Source of the DNA: Actinomycetales bacterium
GTDB lineage: Bacteria; Actinomycetota; Actinomycetes; Actinomycetales; Demequinaceae
Length of the DNA: 64,000 nt
Direction of reading: 5' to 3'
Assembly (NCBI GenBank): GCA_038248935.1
Contig: JBBRWX010000002.1
Span: 2,986 to 66,985, forward strand
Position 1 is the first letter of the stretch. Each line of letters opens with the position of its first letter. The translations under genes were made by a program, and so were the position numbers. Below are positions 47,499-58,923 of this stretch, in pieces. The notes under the pieces were generated by a model, which saw only the letters and a program-made list of their open reading frames with translations, made no database searches and was not told the DNA's origin.

Positions 47499-48932
47499 CT
47501 ACGCCTCCACCTCGGTGCGGTCCGACGACCACATCGTGTGGAAGGTGCCCTCACGATCGATGCGCTTGTAGGTGTGGGCCCCAAAGAAGTCGCGTTGCCC
47601 CTGTATCAGGGCAGCGGGCAAGCGTTCGGAGCGCAAGGAGTCGTAGTACGACAGCGACGACGAGAAGGCGGGAGCCGGAACCCCTGCGAGCGCGGCCTGA
47701 GAAACGACGCGCCTCCACCCCGACAGCCCACCCGCAACCGCGTCCGTGAAGTACGGGTCGACCAACAGGGTCGGAAGCTCAGGATTGCGCGCGTACGCCT
47801 CGGTGATCCGGTTGAGGAAACGGGCCCTGATGATGCAGCCGCCTCTCCAGATGCGCGCCATAGCGCCTCTGTCGATGTTCCAGCCGTACTCCTCGGACGC
47901 CGCTTGGATTTGGTCGAATCCTTGCGCATACGCGACCACCTTGGACGCGTACAACGCGACCCTGACGTCCTCGATAAATCCCTGACGGTTGCCAATGTGG
48001 AAGTCGCTCGCGGCTCCGGACAATACCTCACGGCCCGCCTCGCGCTGAGCGGTCTGCGAAGAGATCGCCCGCGCGAACGTCGCCTCGGCAATACCGGTCA
48101 CTGGCACACCAAGATCGAGGGCGCTCTGCACCGTCCACCGCCCTGTGCCCTTCTGGCCCGCCTCGTCGAGGATGACGTCGACGAGTGGTTTGCCCGTCTT
48201 TGCGTCTGTCTGCTTGAGCACCTCGGCTGTAATCTCGATCAGGAAACTCTCGAGTTCGCCCTTGTTCCACTCGACGAGAATCGCGCCAATCTCCTTGGGC
48301 GACAAGTGCAGCCCAGCCCTCAGCAGCGCGTATGCCTCTCCGATGAGTTGCATGTCGGCGTACTCGATGCCGTTGTGCACCATCTTCACGAAGTGACCAG
48401 CGCCATCGGGGCCCACATGCGTGCAGCACGGCACTCCGTCGACATGAGCCGAAATCTTCTCAAGAATTGGACCCAGCGCCGCGTACGACTCGGCCGGACC
48501 GCCGGGCATGATCGACGGGCCCAGGAGCGCCCCCTCCTCGCCGCCAGACACGCCGGTGCCGACGAAGTGAATCCCCTTGTCACGCAACGCGGCTTCGCGC
48601 CGCCTGGTGTCAGGGAAGTGCGCGTTTCCCGCATCAACGATGATGTCGCCCTGATCCACAAGCGGAACGAGCGCGTCGATGACCGCGTCTGTCGCAGCTC
48701 CTGCTTGGACCATGATGATGATCTTGCGCGGCTTCTCGAGCGCCGCGACGAAGTCCTCGAGGCTTGTGCAGCGGACGAATGTGCCTTCGGAGCCGTGCTC
48801 GTCAATGAGCGACTGCATCTTTTCTACGCTTCGGTTGTGGACCGCGACCGAGAATCCGTTCCTGGCGAAGTTTCTGGCCAGGTTTCGGCCCATCACGGCC
48901 AGTCCTGTCACACCAATCTGGGCAAGCGTCAT
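47499..48932 (-). CDS. gnd: NADP-dependent 6-phosphogluconate dehydrogenase (decarboxylating)
   Basis: ATG at 48932 gives MTLAQIGVTGLAVMGRNLARNFARNGF. Conserved HFVKMVHNGIEYADMQLI block. The track ORF is over-extended. Confidence 0.93.
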   Translation of the reverse strand: MTLAQIGVTGLAVMGRNLARNFARNGFSVAVHNRSVEKMQSLIDEHGSEGTFVRCTSLEDFVAALEKPRKIIIMVQAGAATDAVIDALVPLVDQGDIIVDAGNAHFPDTRRREAALRDKGIHFVGTGVSGGEEGALLGPSIMPGGPAESYAALGPILEKISAHVDGVPCCTHVGPDGAGHFVKMVHNGIEYADMQLIGEAYALLRAGLHLSPKEIGAILVEWNKGELESFLIEITAEVLKQTDAKTGKPLVDVILDEAGQKGTGRWTVQSALDLGVPVTGIAEATFARAISSQTAQREAGREVLSGAASDFHIGNRQGFIEDVRVALYASKVVAYAQGFDQIQAASEEYGWNIDRGAMARIWRGGCIIRARFLNRITEAYARNPELPTLLVDPYFTDAVAGGLSGWRRVVSQAALAGVPAPAFSSSLSYYDSLRSERLPAALIQGQRDFFGAHTYKRIDREGTFHTMWSSDRTEVEA

Positions 48933-49050
48933 GTCACTTCCTTGTCGAGAGGGGTCTCGCAACAGCCTAGGGGGTGCGCGTCCCGTACGTGTCAAGGGCG
49001 ACGCGTGGCGTATCAGCCAAGAACGCTTCGCGGCCAATAAGGTCAAAGGT

Positions 49051-49605
49051 ATGAATGAACCGGCCATCCCGGCCGCGTTCCGTGAGGCGCTTCTGTCGCT
49101 GCAACGGGCGCAGACGCGACGCGATGTGCGCTTGGTCGAGACTCCGGCGCCCTCCCGGATTGCCCCCTATGCCGTTGCCGTCAACGGCACGGTGCTTCCC
49201 GAGCATCTTGAGACGACGGGTCGATTCGTCGTCCTGCACGATCCCGCTGGGCAGGATGCGTGGGAGGGGACATTTCGCGTGATCGCGCTCGTTCAAGCCC
49301 AGGCCGATTCCGAAGTCGGCAGGGACGACATGTGGGCCGACGCGGCGTGGTCTTGGCTCGACGAGGCGCTCGCGGACGTCGAGTACGGTCAGCTCGGAGG
49401 CACCGTTACCAAGATCGTGTCGAGGTCCTTCGGGCAGTTGGCCGAGAAGGATGACTCCGTGTCTGTTGAGTTGCGCGTCTCGTGGACGCCCGCGGACGCA
49501 AATCTGGAACCCCACGTTGTTGCGTGGACCGAGCTGCTTGCGATGTGCGCAGGCGTTCCTCCCGCACCGGAGGGCATCACCGTCTTGCCTGGAGGGCATG
49601 CATGA
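49051..49605 (+). CDS. DUF3000 domain-containing protein
   Basis: ATG at 49051 with an AAGG RBS. ...PAPSRIAPYAVAV ... RFVVLHDPAGQDAWEGTFRVIALVQA ... GGTVT matches the DUF3000 pattern. Precedes rnd as in other actinobacteria. Confidence 0.8.
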   Translation: MNEPAIPAAFREALLSLQRAQTRRDVRLVETPAPSRIAPYAVAVNGTVLPEHLETTGRFVVLHDPAGQDAWEGTFRVIALVQAQADSEVGRDDMWADAAWSWLDEALADVEYGQLGGTVTKIVSRSFGQLAEKDDSVSVELRVSWTPADANLEPHVVAWTELLAMCAGVPPAPEGITVLPGGHA

Positions 49606-51035
49606 GTCAACCCGATCAGGACGCCACAGGCACACCGCCGAGCGCACCGCTGTTTGTCGCACCGAGGTTCACCGAAACCGCCAACAAGGCGGCACATGAA
49701 GTCGTCGATACAGCCACAGACGAAACCACAGACGAAACCACAGACGAATCGACGGACGTGAACGATGGACCTGCGCCGATCCTGTTGACGGAACCTGAGG
49801 GCGGCGTCCCAGCCGTGACGAGCACTGCCGCAGAACTGGCGGACGTCGTGGCGGCCTTCGCCGCAGGAACGGGACCCATCGCAGCGGACGCGGAGCGCGC
49901 CTCTGGCTTTCGCTACGGTCAGGCCACGTATCTGGTGCAATTCAAGCGAGAAGGCGCGGGAATCGCGCTCATCGACGCGCATGCCCTCCCCGATCTGAGC
50001 ACGTTCAACGCGGCGATGGGAGACGCCGAGTACGTCTTTCACGCGGCGAGCCAGGACCTCCCTGGAATGCACGACCTCAGCATTCGTCCGGCCGCGGTCT
50101 TTGACACCGAGCTCGCGGCGCGCCTCCTCGGTTGGCCAAAGGTGGGCCTCGCCGCGGTCATCGAGCATGAGCTCGGCTTCACCCTCGCCAAGGAGCACTC
50201 GGCCCAGGATTGGTCCGTGAGACCCTTACCAGCGTCGTGGCTGGCATACGCCGCGCTCGACGTCGAGGTGCTCATCGAATTGCGCGAGGGGCTCGCAGGT
50301 CACCTCGTCGATGCCGGAAAGCTCGAGTGGGCTCGCCAGGAGTTTGAGGCGGTTCGCCTCTCTCCTCCTTCGGAACCTCGCATCGAGCCCTGGCGCCGCA
50401 CCGCTGGGACGCACACCATCCGCGACACGCGGGGCCTCGCGATCGTGCGCTCGCTATGGGAAGAGCGAGATTCTGAGGCCCAACGCCGCGACATCACGCC
50501 CGGCAGAGTGCTCAGGGACGCCGCCATCGTTTCCGCCGCCCGAGTCAAGCCCTCATCGCTTGATGCTCTCCTCCAGATTTCCGAGTGGCAGACACGCGGG
50601 ACGAAGCGCGCCGCCGCGCGCTGGTGGCCCGCCATCGAGTCCGCGTTGGCCCTCAAGGAGACTCAGTTGCCCGCAAAGCGCGCGCCACACGGAGATGGCC
50701 CCCCGCAGCCGCGCATGTGGGCCGACAAGCGCCCGGAAGCGGCCTTGCGCCACAACGCCGCGCGCGAGGTCATCGCAGGCCTTTGTGACACGCACGACCT
50801 CCCCGCAGAGAACCTGCTGCAGCCCGATGCGCTAAGGCGATTGTGCTGGGAGTACGTGGACGGAGGTGAGGAGTTCGTCCGAACGTTCCTGGCGGCGAGG
50901 TCGGCACGCCAGTGGCAAATCGACCTCGTGGCAGCACCGCTTGCGGCGGCCTTTGGAGTGGCGACCTCTGTAGTGGCGGCCTCTGTAGTGGCGGCCTCTG
51001 AGTCATCGGCCGCGGTCGAGGGGCCGTCCGCCTAG
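49602..51035 (+). CDS. rnd: ribonuclease D-like 3'-5' exonuclease with HRDC region
   Basis: ATGA overlap with the DUF3000 gene. DEDDy exonuclease motifs (IAADAERASGF, VFHAASQDL, YAALDVEVL). Short in-frame repeats near both termini. Confidence 0.85.
   Translation: MSQPDQDATGTPPSAPLFVAPRFTETANKAAHEVVDTATDETTDETTDESTDVNDGPAPILLTEPEGGVPAVTSTAAELADVVAAFAAGTGPIAADAERASGFRYGQATYLVQFKREGAGIALIDAHALPDLSTFNAAMGDAEYVFHAASQDLPGMHDLSIRPAAVFDTELAARLLGWPKVGLAAVIEHELGFTLAKEHSAQDWSVRPLPASWLAYAALDVEVLIELREGLAGHLVDAGKLEWARQEFEAVRLSPPSEPRIEPWRRTAGTHTIRDTRGLAIVRSLWEERDSEAQRRDITPGRVLRDAAIVSAARVKPSSLDALLQISEWQTRGTKRAAARWWPAIESALALKETQLPAKRAPHGDGPPQPRMWADKRPEAALRHNAAREVIAGLCDTHDLPAENLLQPDALRRLCWEYVDGGEEFVRTFLAARSARQWQIDLVAAPLAAAFGVATSVVAASVVAASESSAAVEGPSA
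49715..49750. repeat. 12-bp tandem repeat x3 in frame in rnd (TDET TDET TDES)
   Basis: cacagacgaaac x2, then cacagacgaatc. Confidence 0.9.
50958..51002. repeat. 15-bp tandem repeat x3 in frame at the rnd C-terminus (VATSV VAASV VAASE)
   Basis: gtggcgacctctgta / gtggcggcctctgta / gtggcggcctctgag. Confidence 0.9.
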
Positions 51036-51063
51036 CGATCGTCGCGTGGCAACACGGCGTCGC

Positions 51064-52920
51064 TCACGCCAAGCGGACGATCGCGGCGTCCGCGATGGCC
51101 GTCGAGTCGAGGCCTATCTGCTCCAAAATCTGCACGCGGCTGGCGTGAGGGAGAAACTCGCGCGGGACACCATGGTGCGACCACGACACGGTCCGGCCAG
51201 CGAGCCGCGCGAACTCGGCCCACTCCTCGCCAACGCCGGCGTCGGTCAGCCCGTCCTCGACGGTCACCACCAGCTCCGCCTCACCGACCACCTCGAGCAA
51301 GCCCTCGGGAACCGGATGCACCCATGTCGCCGTTGCCGCAAGAACGGACTCGCCCTCTGCGGCAAGTTTGCCAGCGACCTCGATCGCTGTTGCCGCCATC
51401 GAGCCAATACCGAACACGACGACGCGCGGCTTCTCTCCATGGATGGCCAACACATCGATGTCGTCGACGGAATGCAACGCGGGCAGCGGTTGGCCAACGT
51501 CGCCCTTGGGATACCGCACCACGGTGGGCGCGTCGTCCACATCGAGCGCTTGCCGGAACGCGGCACGCAAGGTGGGTTCGTCGCGAGGCGCGGCCAAACG
51601 TAAACCGGGGACGTGCCGTAAAAGGGCCATGTCCCACATGCCGTTGTGGCTGGCGCCGTCGTCGCCCGTGATTCCCGCGCGGTCGAGCATGAACGTGACG
51701 CCCGCCTTGTGCAGCGCGACATCCATGAGCAATTGGTCGAAGGCCCTGTTGAGGAAGGTCGCGTAGACCGCCACCACGGGGTGCATCCCTGCGAAGGCCA
51801 AGCCCGCCGCCGCCGTCACCGCGTGCTGCTCCGCAATTCCCACATCAATGACGCGATCGGGAAAGGCGTCGGCGAACGGCTGCAAGCCAACGGGCGCGAG
51901 CATCGCCGCAGTGATGGCGACAACATCGTCGCGCTCCGAGCCCGCCGCGAGAATCTCGTCCGCAAAAACTGACGTCCACCCAAATCGCGAGGGCTCGATC
52001 GGCAGGCCCGTTTCGGGGTGGATCTTGCCGACCGCGTGAAAGCGGTCCGCCAGGTCTTGCTCGGCGGGCTCGTAGCCGCGACCCTTGTCCGTGAGCACGT
52101 GGACGATGACGGGTGCGCCAAAGGCCTTTGCGTGGGTGAGGGCCGCCTCGACTTGAGCCAGATCGTGGCCGTCGACGGGCCCCAGGTATTTGAGGCCCAA
52201 GTCCTCGAACATTCCTTGTGGGCCGATGAGTCCCTTGAGCGCCCTCTTGCCGTGCATCACCGTCTGGTACATGAAGTCGCGAGCCGGTCCGCGCCCAGAG
52301 AACGTGCGCTTCCCCCAACTCAGGAAGTTCTCATAGGCGCTTGACGTGCGAATGCCGTCGAGCCTTCGGGCAAGTCCGCCAATAGTGGGTGCGTACGACC
52401 GGCCGTTGTCGTTCACGACTATGACAACCCTGTCGGTGCAGTCCGCCAGTTGGTTGAGGGCTTCCCACGCCATCCCGCCTGTGAGCGCGCCATCGCCGAT
52501 GATCGCGACCGTCGTGCGGTCGGTCTCGCCGCGTAAGGAGTGGCCTCGCGCAATTCCAGCGGCCCACGACAAGGCTGTCGAGGCGTGCGAGTTTTCGACG
52601 ATGTCGTGGTCGCTCTCCGCCCTGGATGGGTATCCGGATACTCCGCCGCGCTTGCGCAGGCTCGAGAAATCGCGCCTTCCCGTCAGCAACTTGTGCACAT
52701 AGCTCTGATGCCCTGTGTCGAAAACGATGCTGTCGTGGGGAGAGTCGAACACGCGGTGAAGCGCCAGCGTGAGTTCCACAACGCCAAGGTTGGGTCCTAG
52801 ATGCCCGCCGGTTTGCGACACGGAATCGACCAGATAGTCGCGAATCTCCTCGGCAAGCTCTCTCAATTCAGGGTGCGAGAGCGCCCGCAGGTCGTGCGGT
52901 GACTCGATGCGCTCCAGCAC
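51064..52920 (-). CDS. dxs: 1-deoxy-D-xylulose-5-phosphate synthase
   Basis: GGHLGPNLGVVELTLALHRVF ... DTGHQSYVHKLLTGR ... GDGALTGGMAWEALN TPP-binding motif. Confidence 0.95.
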   Translation of the reverse strand: MLERIESPHDLRALSHPELRELAEEIRDYLVDSVSQTGGHLGPNLGVVELTLALHRVFDSPHDSIVFDTGHQSYVHKLLTGRRDFSSLRKRGGVSGYPSRAESDHDIVENSHASTALSWAAGIARGHSLRGETDRTTVAIIGDGALTGGMAWEALNQLADCTDRVVIVVNDNGRSYAPTIGGLARRLDGIRTSSAYENFLSWGKRTFSGRGPARDFMYQTVMHGKRALKGLIGPQGMFEDLGLKYLGPVDGHDLAQVEAALTHAKAFGAPVIVHVLTDKGRGYEPAEQDLADRFHAVGKIHPETGLPIEPSRFGWTSVFADEILAAGSERDDVVAITAAMLAPVGLQPFADAFPDRVIDVGIAEQHAVTAAAGLAFAGMHPVVAVYATFLNRAFDQLLMDVALHKAGVTFMLDRAGITGDDGASHNGMWDMALLRHVPGLRLAAPRDEPTLRAAFRQALDVDDAPTVVRYPKGDVGQPLPALHSVDDIDVLAIHGEKPRVVVFGIGSMAATAIEVAGKLAAEGESVLAATATWVHPVPEGLLEVVGEAELVVTVEDGLTDAGVGEEWAEFARLAGRTVSWSHHGVPREFLPHASRVQILEQIGLDSTAIADAAIVRLA

Positions 52921-52997
52921 GCTCGCTCCTGACTATCGCTGTGGTCCCACTGTACGTCCTGCAACGCCTGAGGCCCGCGAACCCTTCCGAAGGCGAT

Positions 52998-55715
52998 CTA
53001 GGAAGCTACCAGCGAACGGAGCACGTACTGCAATATGCCGCCATTCCTGTAGTAGTCGGCCTCACCAGGGGTATCGATGCGCACGGCGGCCTCGAAACTG
53101 ACGGTCGAGCCATCCGCCCTTGTCGCGGTCACAATGAGCGACTTGGGGTGCTCGCCAGCGCTGAATGCACTCACGCCCTCGATGCCAAACGTCTCGGCGC
53201 CCTCCAAGCCCAGGCTCGCGGCCGTGTGGCCCGCGGGGAACTGCAAAGGGATGACGCCCATGCCGATGAGGTTGGAGCGGTGAATACGCTCGAAGCTCTC
53301 CGCAATGACTGCGCGCACGCCAAGCAGGCTGGTTCCCTTCGCCGCCCAGTCTCGCGAGGATCCGGATCCGTATTCCTTACCAGCCAGAATGACGAGCGGC
53401 ACGCCAGCCGCTTGGTACGCGACCGATGCGTCGTAGATCGTCGTCTGCTCGCCCGTCAGGAAGTTGCGCGTCAGGCCACCCTCGACCACGTTGCCATCGG
53501 CATCGGCAAGCAACAGGTTCTTGAGGCGAATATTCGCGAACGTGCCGCGAATCATCACCTCGTGGTTGCCGCGCCTACTTCCGTAGGAGTTGAAGTCCAA
53601 GCGGCCGATGCCGTGGTCCGCGAGGTACGTGCCCGCGGGGCTGTCTGCCTTGATCGAACCGGCGGGAGAAATGTGGTCGGTCGTGACCGAGTCTCCCAGG
53701 AGCGCGAGCACGCGCGCGCCGCGGATGTCCTTGACGGGCACTGCCTCCATCGTCATGCCCTCGAAGTACGGTGGCTTGCGCACGTACGTCGACGCGTCGT
53801 CCCACTCGAAGGTCTTGCCCGCGGGTGTGGGAAGGCTCTGCCACCGCGCGTCCCCCGCAAAGACGTCGGCATAGTCCTTCTCAAACATCTCTTGGGTAAT
53901 CGACGACGACACGACGGACTCGACCTCAACGGGGCTTGGCCAGATGTCGCGAAGAAACACCTCGTTGCCCTCCCTATCCAGCCCCAGGGATTCGTGTTCA
54001 AAGTCGAAGTCCATTGTTCCCGTGAGCGCATACGCAATGACGAGCGGAGGCGAGGCCAAGTAATTCATCTTGACGTCGGGGTTGATGCGCCCCTCAAAGT
54101 TGCGGTTGCCAGACAACACCGACACGACCGTGAGGTCGTGCGCGTTGACGGCGGCGCTCACCGGCTCGGGCAACGGGCCCGAGTTGCCGATGCACGTGGT
54201 GCAGCCATAGCCGACGAGGTGGAAGCCGAGCGCCTCGAGGTCGGGCCATAGGCCAGCCTTCTCGTAGTAATCCGTGACGACTTGAGAGCCAGGCGCCATG
54301 GACGTCTTGACCCATGGCTTGACCTTGAGGCCCTTCGCGTTGGCGTTGCGTGCGAGAAGCGCTGCGGCGAGCATCACCGACGGGTTGGAGGTGTTGGTGC
54401 ACGAGGTGATCGACGCGATGACCACGTCGCCGTCCTTGAGCGGCACCACGGCGCCGGCCTCATCGACGTAGGTAGTCCCTTTGGCGTCGCCTGTACGCAC
54501 TTGCGAGATCGCCTTGTCGAACGACGCCTTCGAGTCGGTCAGCGCGACGCGGTCCTGGGGACGCTTGGGCCCCGCGATGGAAGGGACGACCGTGGACAGG
54601 TCCAGCGTGAGGTATTCGGAGAACACCGGCTCGACGTAGTCGGAAGCGGACGGGTCATGCCAGAGTCCCTGCGCCTTCGCATAGGTCTCTACGAGCGCCA
54701 CCTGATCCGCGGAGCGGCCGGTGAGGCGCAAGTAATCGATCGTGATGCCATCGATCGGGAAGATCGCCGCGGTCGAGCCGAATTCGGGGCTCATGTTGCC
54801 GATGGTCGCGCGGTTGGCGAGCGGCACGCGGCCCACTCCCTCGCCGTAGAACTCGACAAACTTGCCGACCACGCCGTGCGCCCGAAGCATCTCGGTGATC
54901 GTGAGCACGACGTCGGTCGCTGTGGCTCCCGCGGGAATGGCTCCCGTGAGCTTGAAGCCCACCACCTTGGGGATGAGCATCGACACCGGCTGGCCGAGCA
55001 TGGCCGCCTCCGCCTCGATGCCGCCAACGCCCCAACCGAGAACGCCAAGGCCGTTGATCATCGTGGTGTGCGAGTCGGTGCCCACGCACGAATCGGGATA
55101 CGCCTGCACGGTTGTCTTGCCGTCCGCCCCGTCTACCTCGCGCGTCATGACAGCGCGCGCCAGGTACTCGAGGTTCACCTGGTGAACGATGCCTGTGCCT
55201 GGCGGCACGACCTTGAAGTTGTCGAACGCCGTCTGCCCCCAACGGAGGAACTGGTAGCGCTCGCGATTGCGCTCGTACTCGAGGGCCGTGTTGAGCTCGA
55301 GAGCGTCTTTGTGGCCAAAGACGTCGATCACCACCGAGTGGTCAATCACCATCTCGGCGGGCGCGAGCGGGTTGATGATCGAGGGGTCTCCCCCGAGTTC
55401 GGCGACGGCCTCGCGCATGGTGGCGAGGTCAACCACGCACGGAACCCCAGTGAAGTCCTGCATGACGACTCGAGCAGGCGTGAATTGAATCTCGGTGTCA
55501 GGCTCGGCCTTGGGGTCCCATGCGGCAAGCGCTCGCACGTGGTCGGCGGTGATGTTCGCGCCGTCTTCGGTGCGGAGCAACGCCTCGGCGAGAATCTTGA
55601 GCGAGTACGGCAGCTTCTCGAGTCCTGGTACGGCGTCCAGCCTGAAGATCTCGTAGGACGCGTTTCCCACCGTAAGCGTGGACTTGGAACCCAGGCTGTT
55701 GACGCTCAATTGCAC
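52998..55715 (-). CDS. acnA: aconitate hydratase A
   Basis: 905 aa. Fe-S ligand regions ([29 protein letters not shown]) and the C-terminal swivel domain. Confidence 0.95.
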   Translation of the reverse strand: MQLSVNSLGSKSTLTVGNASYEIFRLDAVPGLEKLPYSLKILAEALLRTEDGANITADHVRALAAWDPKAEPDTEIQFTPARVVMQDFTGVPCVVDLATMREAVAELGGDPSIINPLAPAEMVIDHSVVIDVFGHKDALELNTALEYERNRERYQFLRWGQTAFDNFKVVPPGTGIVHQVNLEYLARAVMTREVDGADGKTTVQAYPDSCVGTDSHTTMINGLGVLGWGVGGIEAEAAMLGQPVSMLIPKVVGFKLTGAIPAGATATDVVLTITEMLRAHGVVGKFVEFYGEGVGRVPLANRATIGNMSPEFGSTAAIFPIDGITIDYLRLTGRSADQVALVETYAKAQGLWHDPSASDYVEPVFSEYLTLDLSTVVPSIAGPKRPQDRVALTDSKASFDKAISQVRTGDAKGTTYVDEAGAVVPLKDGDVVIASITSCTNTSNPSVMLAAALLARNANAKGLKVKPWVKTSMAPGSQVVTDYYEKAGLWPDLEALGFHLVGYGCTTCIGNSGPLPEPVSAAVNAHDLTVVSVLSGNRNFEGRINPDVKMNYLASPPLVIAYALTGTMDFDFEHESLGLDREGNEVFLRDIWPSPVEVESVVSSSITQEMFEKDYADVFAGDARWQSLPTPAGKTFEWDDASTYVRKPPYFEGMTMEAVPVKDIRGARVLALLGDSVTTDHISPAGSIKADSPAGTYLADHGIGRLDFNSYGSRRGNHEVMIRGTFANIRLKNLLLADADGNVVEGGLTRNFLTGEQTTIYDASVAYQAAGVPLVILAGKEYGSGSSRDWAAKGTSLLGVRAVIAESFERIHRSNLIGMGVIPLQFPAGHTAASLGLEGAETFGIEGVSAFSAGEHPKSLIVTATRADGSTVSFEAAVRIDTPGEADYYRNGGILQYVLRSLVAS

Positions 55716-55770
55716 TCCTTGACTCGGGACGACCCATTCTAGCGAAGCGGTTGTGTCGGGAAGATGACGC

Positions 55771-56988
55771 CTAACGAATGAACGTGGCGATGGTCTCGAC
55801 GTGGTGCGTCATGGGGAACAGATCCCAGGCGTCGGCGCTCTCGAGCGTGTAGCCGTGCCCCGCCAACAGCGCGGCATCGCGCGCGAGCGCAACTGGATCG
55901 CACGCCACGTAGACGATGCGTCCAGGCTCAAGCGCGGCCATCGCGGCCACCGTCGCGGCCTTGGCGCCCGAGCGCGGCGGATCGAGAACGATCGCGCCGT
56001 CGTGGAACAAGACGCCGTCCTTCGCCATGAGCTCGAGCGTGCGCCTCGCGTCACCCGAAATCTCCATGCTCGTCTCGTACGGAGCAAGGTTGACGGACAG
56101 CGAAGACCTTCCCTTGCCGGAGTGCAGCTCGACCGCGGTGACCATGCGGCCCTGAGAAGCCATTGCGACCGACAAGAGGCCCGCGCCCGCATACAAGTCG
56201 AGCACCCGTTCGGCGTCACCGATGCGTTCGACAACGGCCTGGGCCAGGAGGGAGGGCGCCTTGCGGTGCGCCTGCCAGAAGTCGCTAGACCGCACCCTGA
56301 ACTCGAGCTCGGTGCCACCGACGGGGACGCGTTCGATGACCGCAGAGCGATCGCCGGCGTCGGCCCATGCCACGTGGGTCCTGCCGTCGGCGCTCACCGC
56401 TACCTCGATGCGGGTCCCTGGCGTGGCGCGCGCGGCGAGGAGGGCCTCCTCCGCTGCGGGCACCGCGAGGGGCATCGCAGTCAGACGCTTGCGATCCGAC
56501 GTGCCAAAGACGGTCATGGCGGCTCGGCCCTGCTTGTCGGCAACCGCCGAGACACGCGTTCGATAGCCGAGGCCTCCACGCTCGTCATCTCCTGGCGCCG
56601 CGTGGACCTGTCCGTCGAATGTCACCTTCGCAAAGCGATCGAATGCTTCCGTCACGACCGCGAGCTTCCACTCGCGTTGTGCGGCGAGCGCGACGTGACC
56701 AAGCTCGCCGCCGCCGACTCCGCCTGGACCCGCCTCTGGCCACGGGCTTTCCACGCGGTCGTCCGAGGCCTCGAGCACCGTGACAGCATCGGCCGTCCAG
56801 AAGCGCGCGGCGGGTTCGCCCGACGTGATCCTTGCTTCAACGAGCTCCCCTGGGAGGGCGTGCCTCACAAAGACCGCCCTGCCTTCGTGACGCGCGATGC
56901 AGTGCCCGCCGTGAGCGGGGGCGCCCACTCGCACGGTGATGACCGTGTCGTCAACCATTGCGGCGCCGAGCACCGTGGCGTCGCTCAT
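55771..56988 (-). CDS. class I SAM-dependent RNA methyltransferase (TrmA/RumA-like) with N-terminal TRAM-like domain
   Basis: SAM motif [13 protein letters not shown]-terminal DPPRSGA ... YVACDP catalytic Cys region. Confidence 0.85.
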   Translation of the reverse strand: MSDATVLGAAMVDDTVITVRVGAPAHGGHCIARHEGRAVFVRHALPGELVEARITSGEPAARFWTADAVTVLEASDDRVESPWPEAGPGGVGGGELGHVALAAQREWKLAVVTEAFDRFAKVTFDGQVHAAPGDDERGGLGYRTRVSAVADKQGRAAMTVFGTSDRKRLTAMPLAVPAAEEALLAARATPGTRIEVAVSADGRTHVAWADAGDRSAVIERVPVGGTELEFRVRSSDFWQAHRKAPSLLAQAVVERIGDAERVLDLYAGAGLLSVAMASQGRMVTAVELHSGKGRSSLSVNLAPYETSMEISGDARRTLELMAKDGVLFHDGAIVLDPPRSGAKAATVAAMAALEPGRIVYVACDPVALARDAALLAGHGYTLESADAWDLFPMTHHVETIATFIR

Positions 56989-58883
56989 GAGAGCTGGCTT
57001 TCGGAGTCGACAACGACGTCAATGGGGCCCTCGCGACGCGCAGATTCGAGTTTCCACGGCACCGCACTCACCACCACGTTTGGGACGTTGAGCAACTGGA
57101 CGCGCAAGCGCGCCGTGTTCCTGTTGTGCAGCAACTGCTCCCACCATCTGCCGACGATGTACTCCGGCACGTAGACAAACACTGCCTCACGGGGCGACGC
57201 CCTGTGCAGGCTCTTGACATATTCGAGCACAGGGCTCACGAGGTCCCTGTAAGGCGAGTCGAGCACCACGAGCGGCGCACCGAGGTTCATTTGCGCCCAC
57301 CGCTTCTGAAGCGCGAGCGATGCGCCGCGATCGACCTTCACCGTCACGGCCTTCAGCGTTGTGTGCCTGGCCGCCTTTGCATAGGCAAGGGCGTGCAGAG
57401 CCGGGCGGTGCATCTGGGCCACCAGAACAATACCGTGCGTGGCCGAGGGCAGCGTGGGCGCCTTCGTGTCCCTGTCGAGCGCAATGTCGATGCGAACGGC
57501 CGAGTAATGCCTGCGAATGGAGTGCATGAGCACCACAACAAGCACGATGAGCACGATGGCGATCCAGGCGCCGTTGGCGAAGTTGAACACCGCAGTGATG
57601 AGCAAGACCGCTCCCGCCGCGCACAGAGCGACGATGTGGAGAGTTCTCCTGCCAAGGAGTTCCCATCGCTCCCGTGGCTGAGTGGCGAGTTTGCGACGCG
57701 CACCCGTCCACTCGATCATCGCGCGCTGGCTCAACACGATCGCGGTGAAGACACCTACGATGTACATATGCACCAGTTGCTCGACACTTGCCCGCGACGC
57801 GATCACGATGACGACCGCCAATACGGCGACGATCAACACCGAGCCTCGCTGAACGAGCCTGTCGTTCCTCATCGCCATTTGCCGCGGAAGAACGCCGTCG
57901 GAAGCCAGTAGGCCCGTGAGGCGTGAGAATCGACGGAACACCGAGGTCGCCGCCGCATACAAAATCGCGACGGCCGAGATGCCCACGATCCACGTCACGA
58001 CGCCGTTGCCGAACACGCGGGCGGCGACCTGCAGAAATATCGGTCCATCCGCCCAGCCGGAGAGCCGGTATGCCCAGGCTAGCCACGCGACGCCATAAAA
58101 CGCGCCCGCGCCAGCGATGACCGCTACGAGGAGCGTCCTTGACGCCCTCCGCCCACGCGGTTCCGCGTGATACGGCCCTGACGCTGCGAGGTGCTCGATT
58201 CCGGTCGCCATCACTGCGCCCGATGCAACTGCTCCAGCGAAGGCCACGAGGATCGACCAGGTCTCGGGGGAGCCGGTGTCCAGAGGCGCTGCAGGAGTTT
58301 GCTCGTGCCTGGCCCATCCGAAGACGAACATGACGACGAGGACCAGCGCGAACCCATGCCACACCACGAGCAGGACGCGGCCCCTGTCACTGATTCCCCG
58401 TAGATTGACCATGGTCATGAGACCGAGCGCTGAGACGGCGATCGCCGGTTCCCAACCGTGCCAGGAGGGCAACAGGTAGATGACCGCCTCGGCGATCGCT
58501 GCAACGGAGATGGACACGGTAAACAGGTAGTCGATGAGGAGCGACGCGCCGGTGATCATGCCGAATCGCTGGCCGAGCCTGTCTCTCACGACGCCGTAGT
58601 CTCCGCGCTCGTGTGGGAAGGCGCGCACTTGAGAGCTGTAAGCGAGCCCCAGCAACATCAAGATGACGACGGTACCGCCCGCCATGAACGGAATCCATGA
58701 TTGCTGCATGCCCGATCGCAGCGCGTCTATGAGGGCGTCTGGACCGTAGGCGACCGCCGCGAGAATGCCTGCGCCGAACACGGGCAGGGCCAGCCTGGTG
58801 CGCATCGTGACGGGTCTCGCGACGTCGGTCGCAACCGGCGCCCCGAGGAGGACACGCTTGAGTCGTTCCGAAAACCGCTGCAC
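56985..58883 (-). CDS. APC-family permease with soluble C-terminal domain
   Basis: GTG at 58883 (VQRFSERLKRVLLG). About 12 TM helices followed by a soluble region of about 190 aa. Divergent from trkA as in other actinobacteria. The track ORF over-extends into trkA. Confidence 0.8.
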   Translation of the reverse strand: MQRFSERLKRVLLGAPVATDVARPVTMRTRLALPVFGAGILAAVAYGPDALIDALRSGMQQSWIPFMAGGTVVILMLLGLAYSSQVRAFPHERGDYGVVRDRLGQRFGMITGASLLIDYLFTVSISVAAIAEAVIYLLPSWHGWEPAIAVSALGLMTMVNLRGISDRGRVLLVVWHGFALVLVVMFVFGWARHEQTPAAPLDTGSPETWSILVAFAGAVASGAVMATGIEHLAASGPYHAEPRGRRASRTLLVAVIAGAGAFYGVAWLAWAYRLSGWADGPIFLQVAARVFGNGVVTWIVGISAVAILYAAATSVFRRFSRLTGLLASDGVLPRQMAMRNDRLVQRGSVLIVAVLAVVIVIASRASVEQLVHMYIVGVFTAIVLSQRAMIEWTGARRKLATQPRERWELLGRRTLHIVALCAAGAVLLITAVFNFANGAWIAIVLIVLVVVLMHSIRRHYSAVRIDIALDRDTKAPTLPSATHGIVLVAQMHRPALHALAYAKAARHTTLKAVTVKVDRGASLALQKRWAQMNLGAPLVVLDSPYRDLVSPVLEYVKSLHRASPREAVFVYVPEYIVGRWWEQLLHNRNTARLRVQLLNVPNVVVSAVPWKLESARREGPIDVVVDSESQLS

Positions 58884-58923
58884 GTCGCACCATCCTAGGC
58901 TCCATGCGGTATACCGTGGGGGC

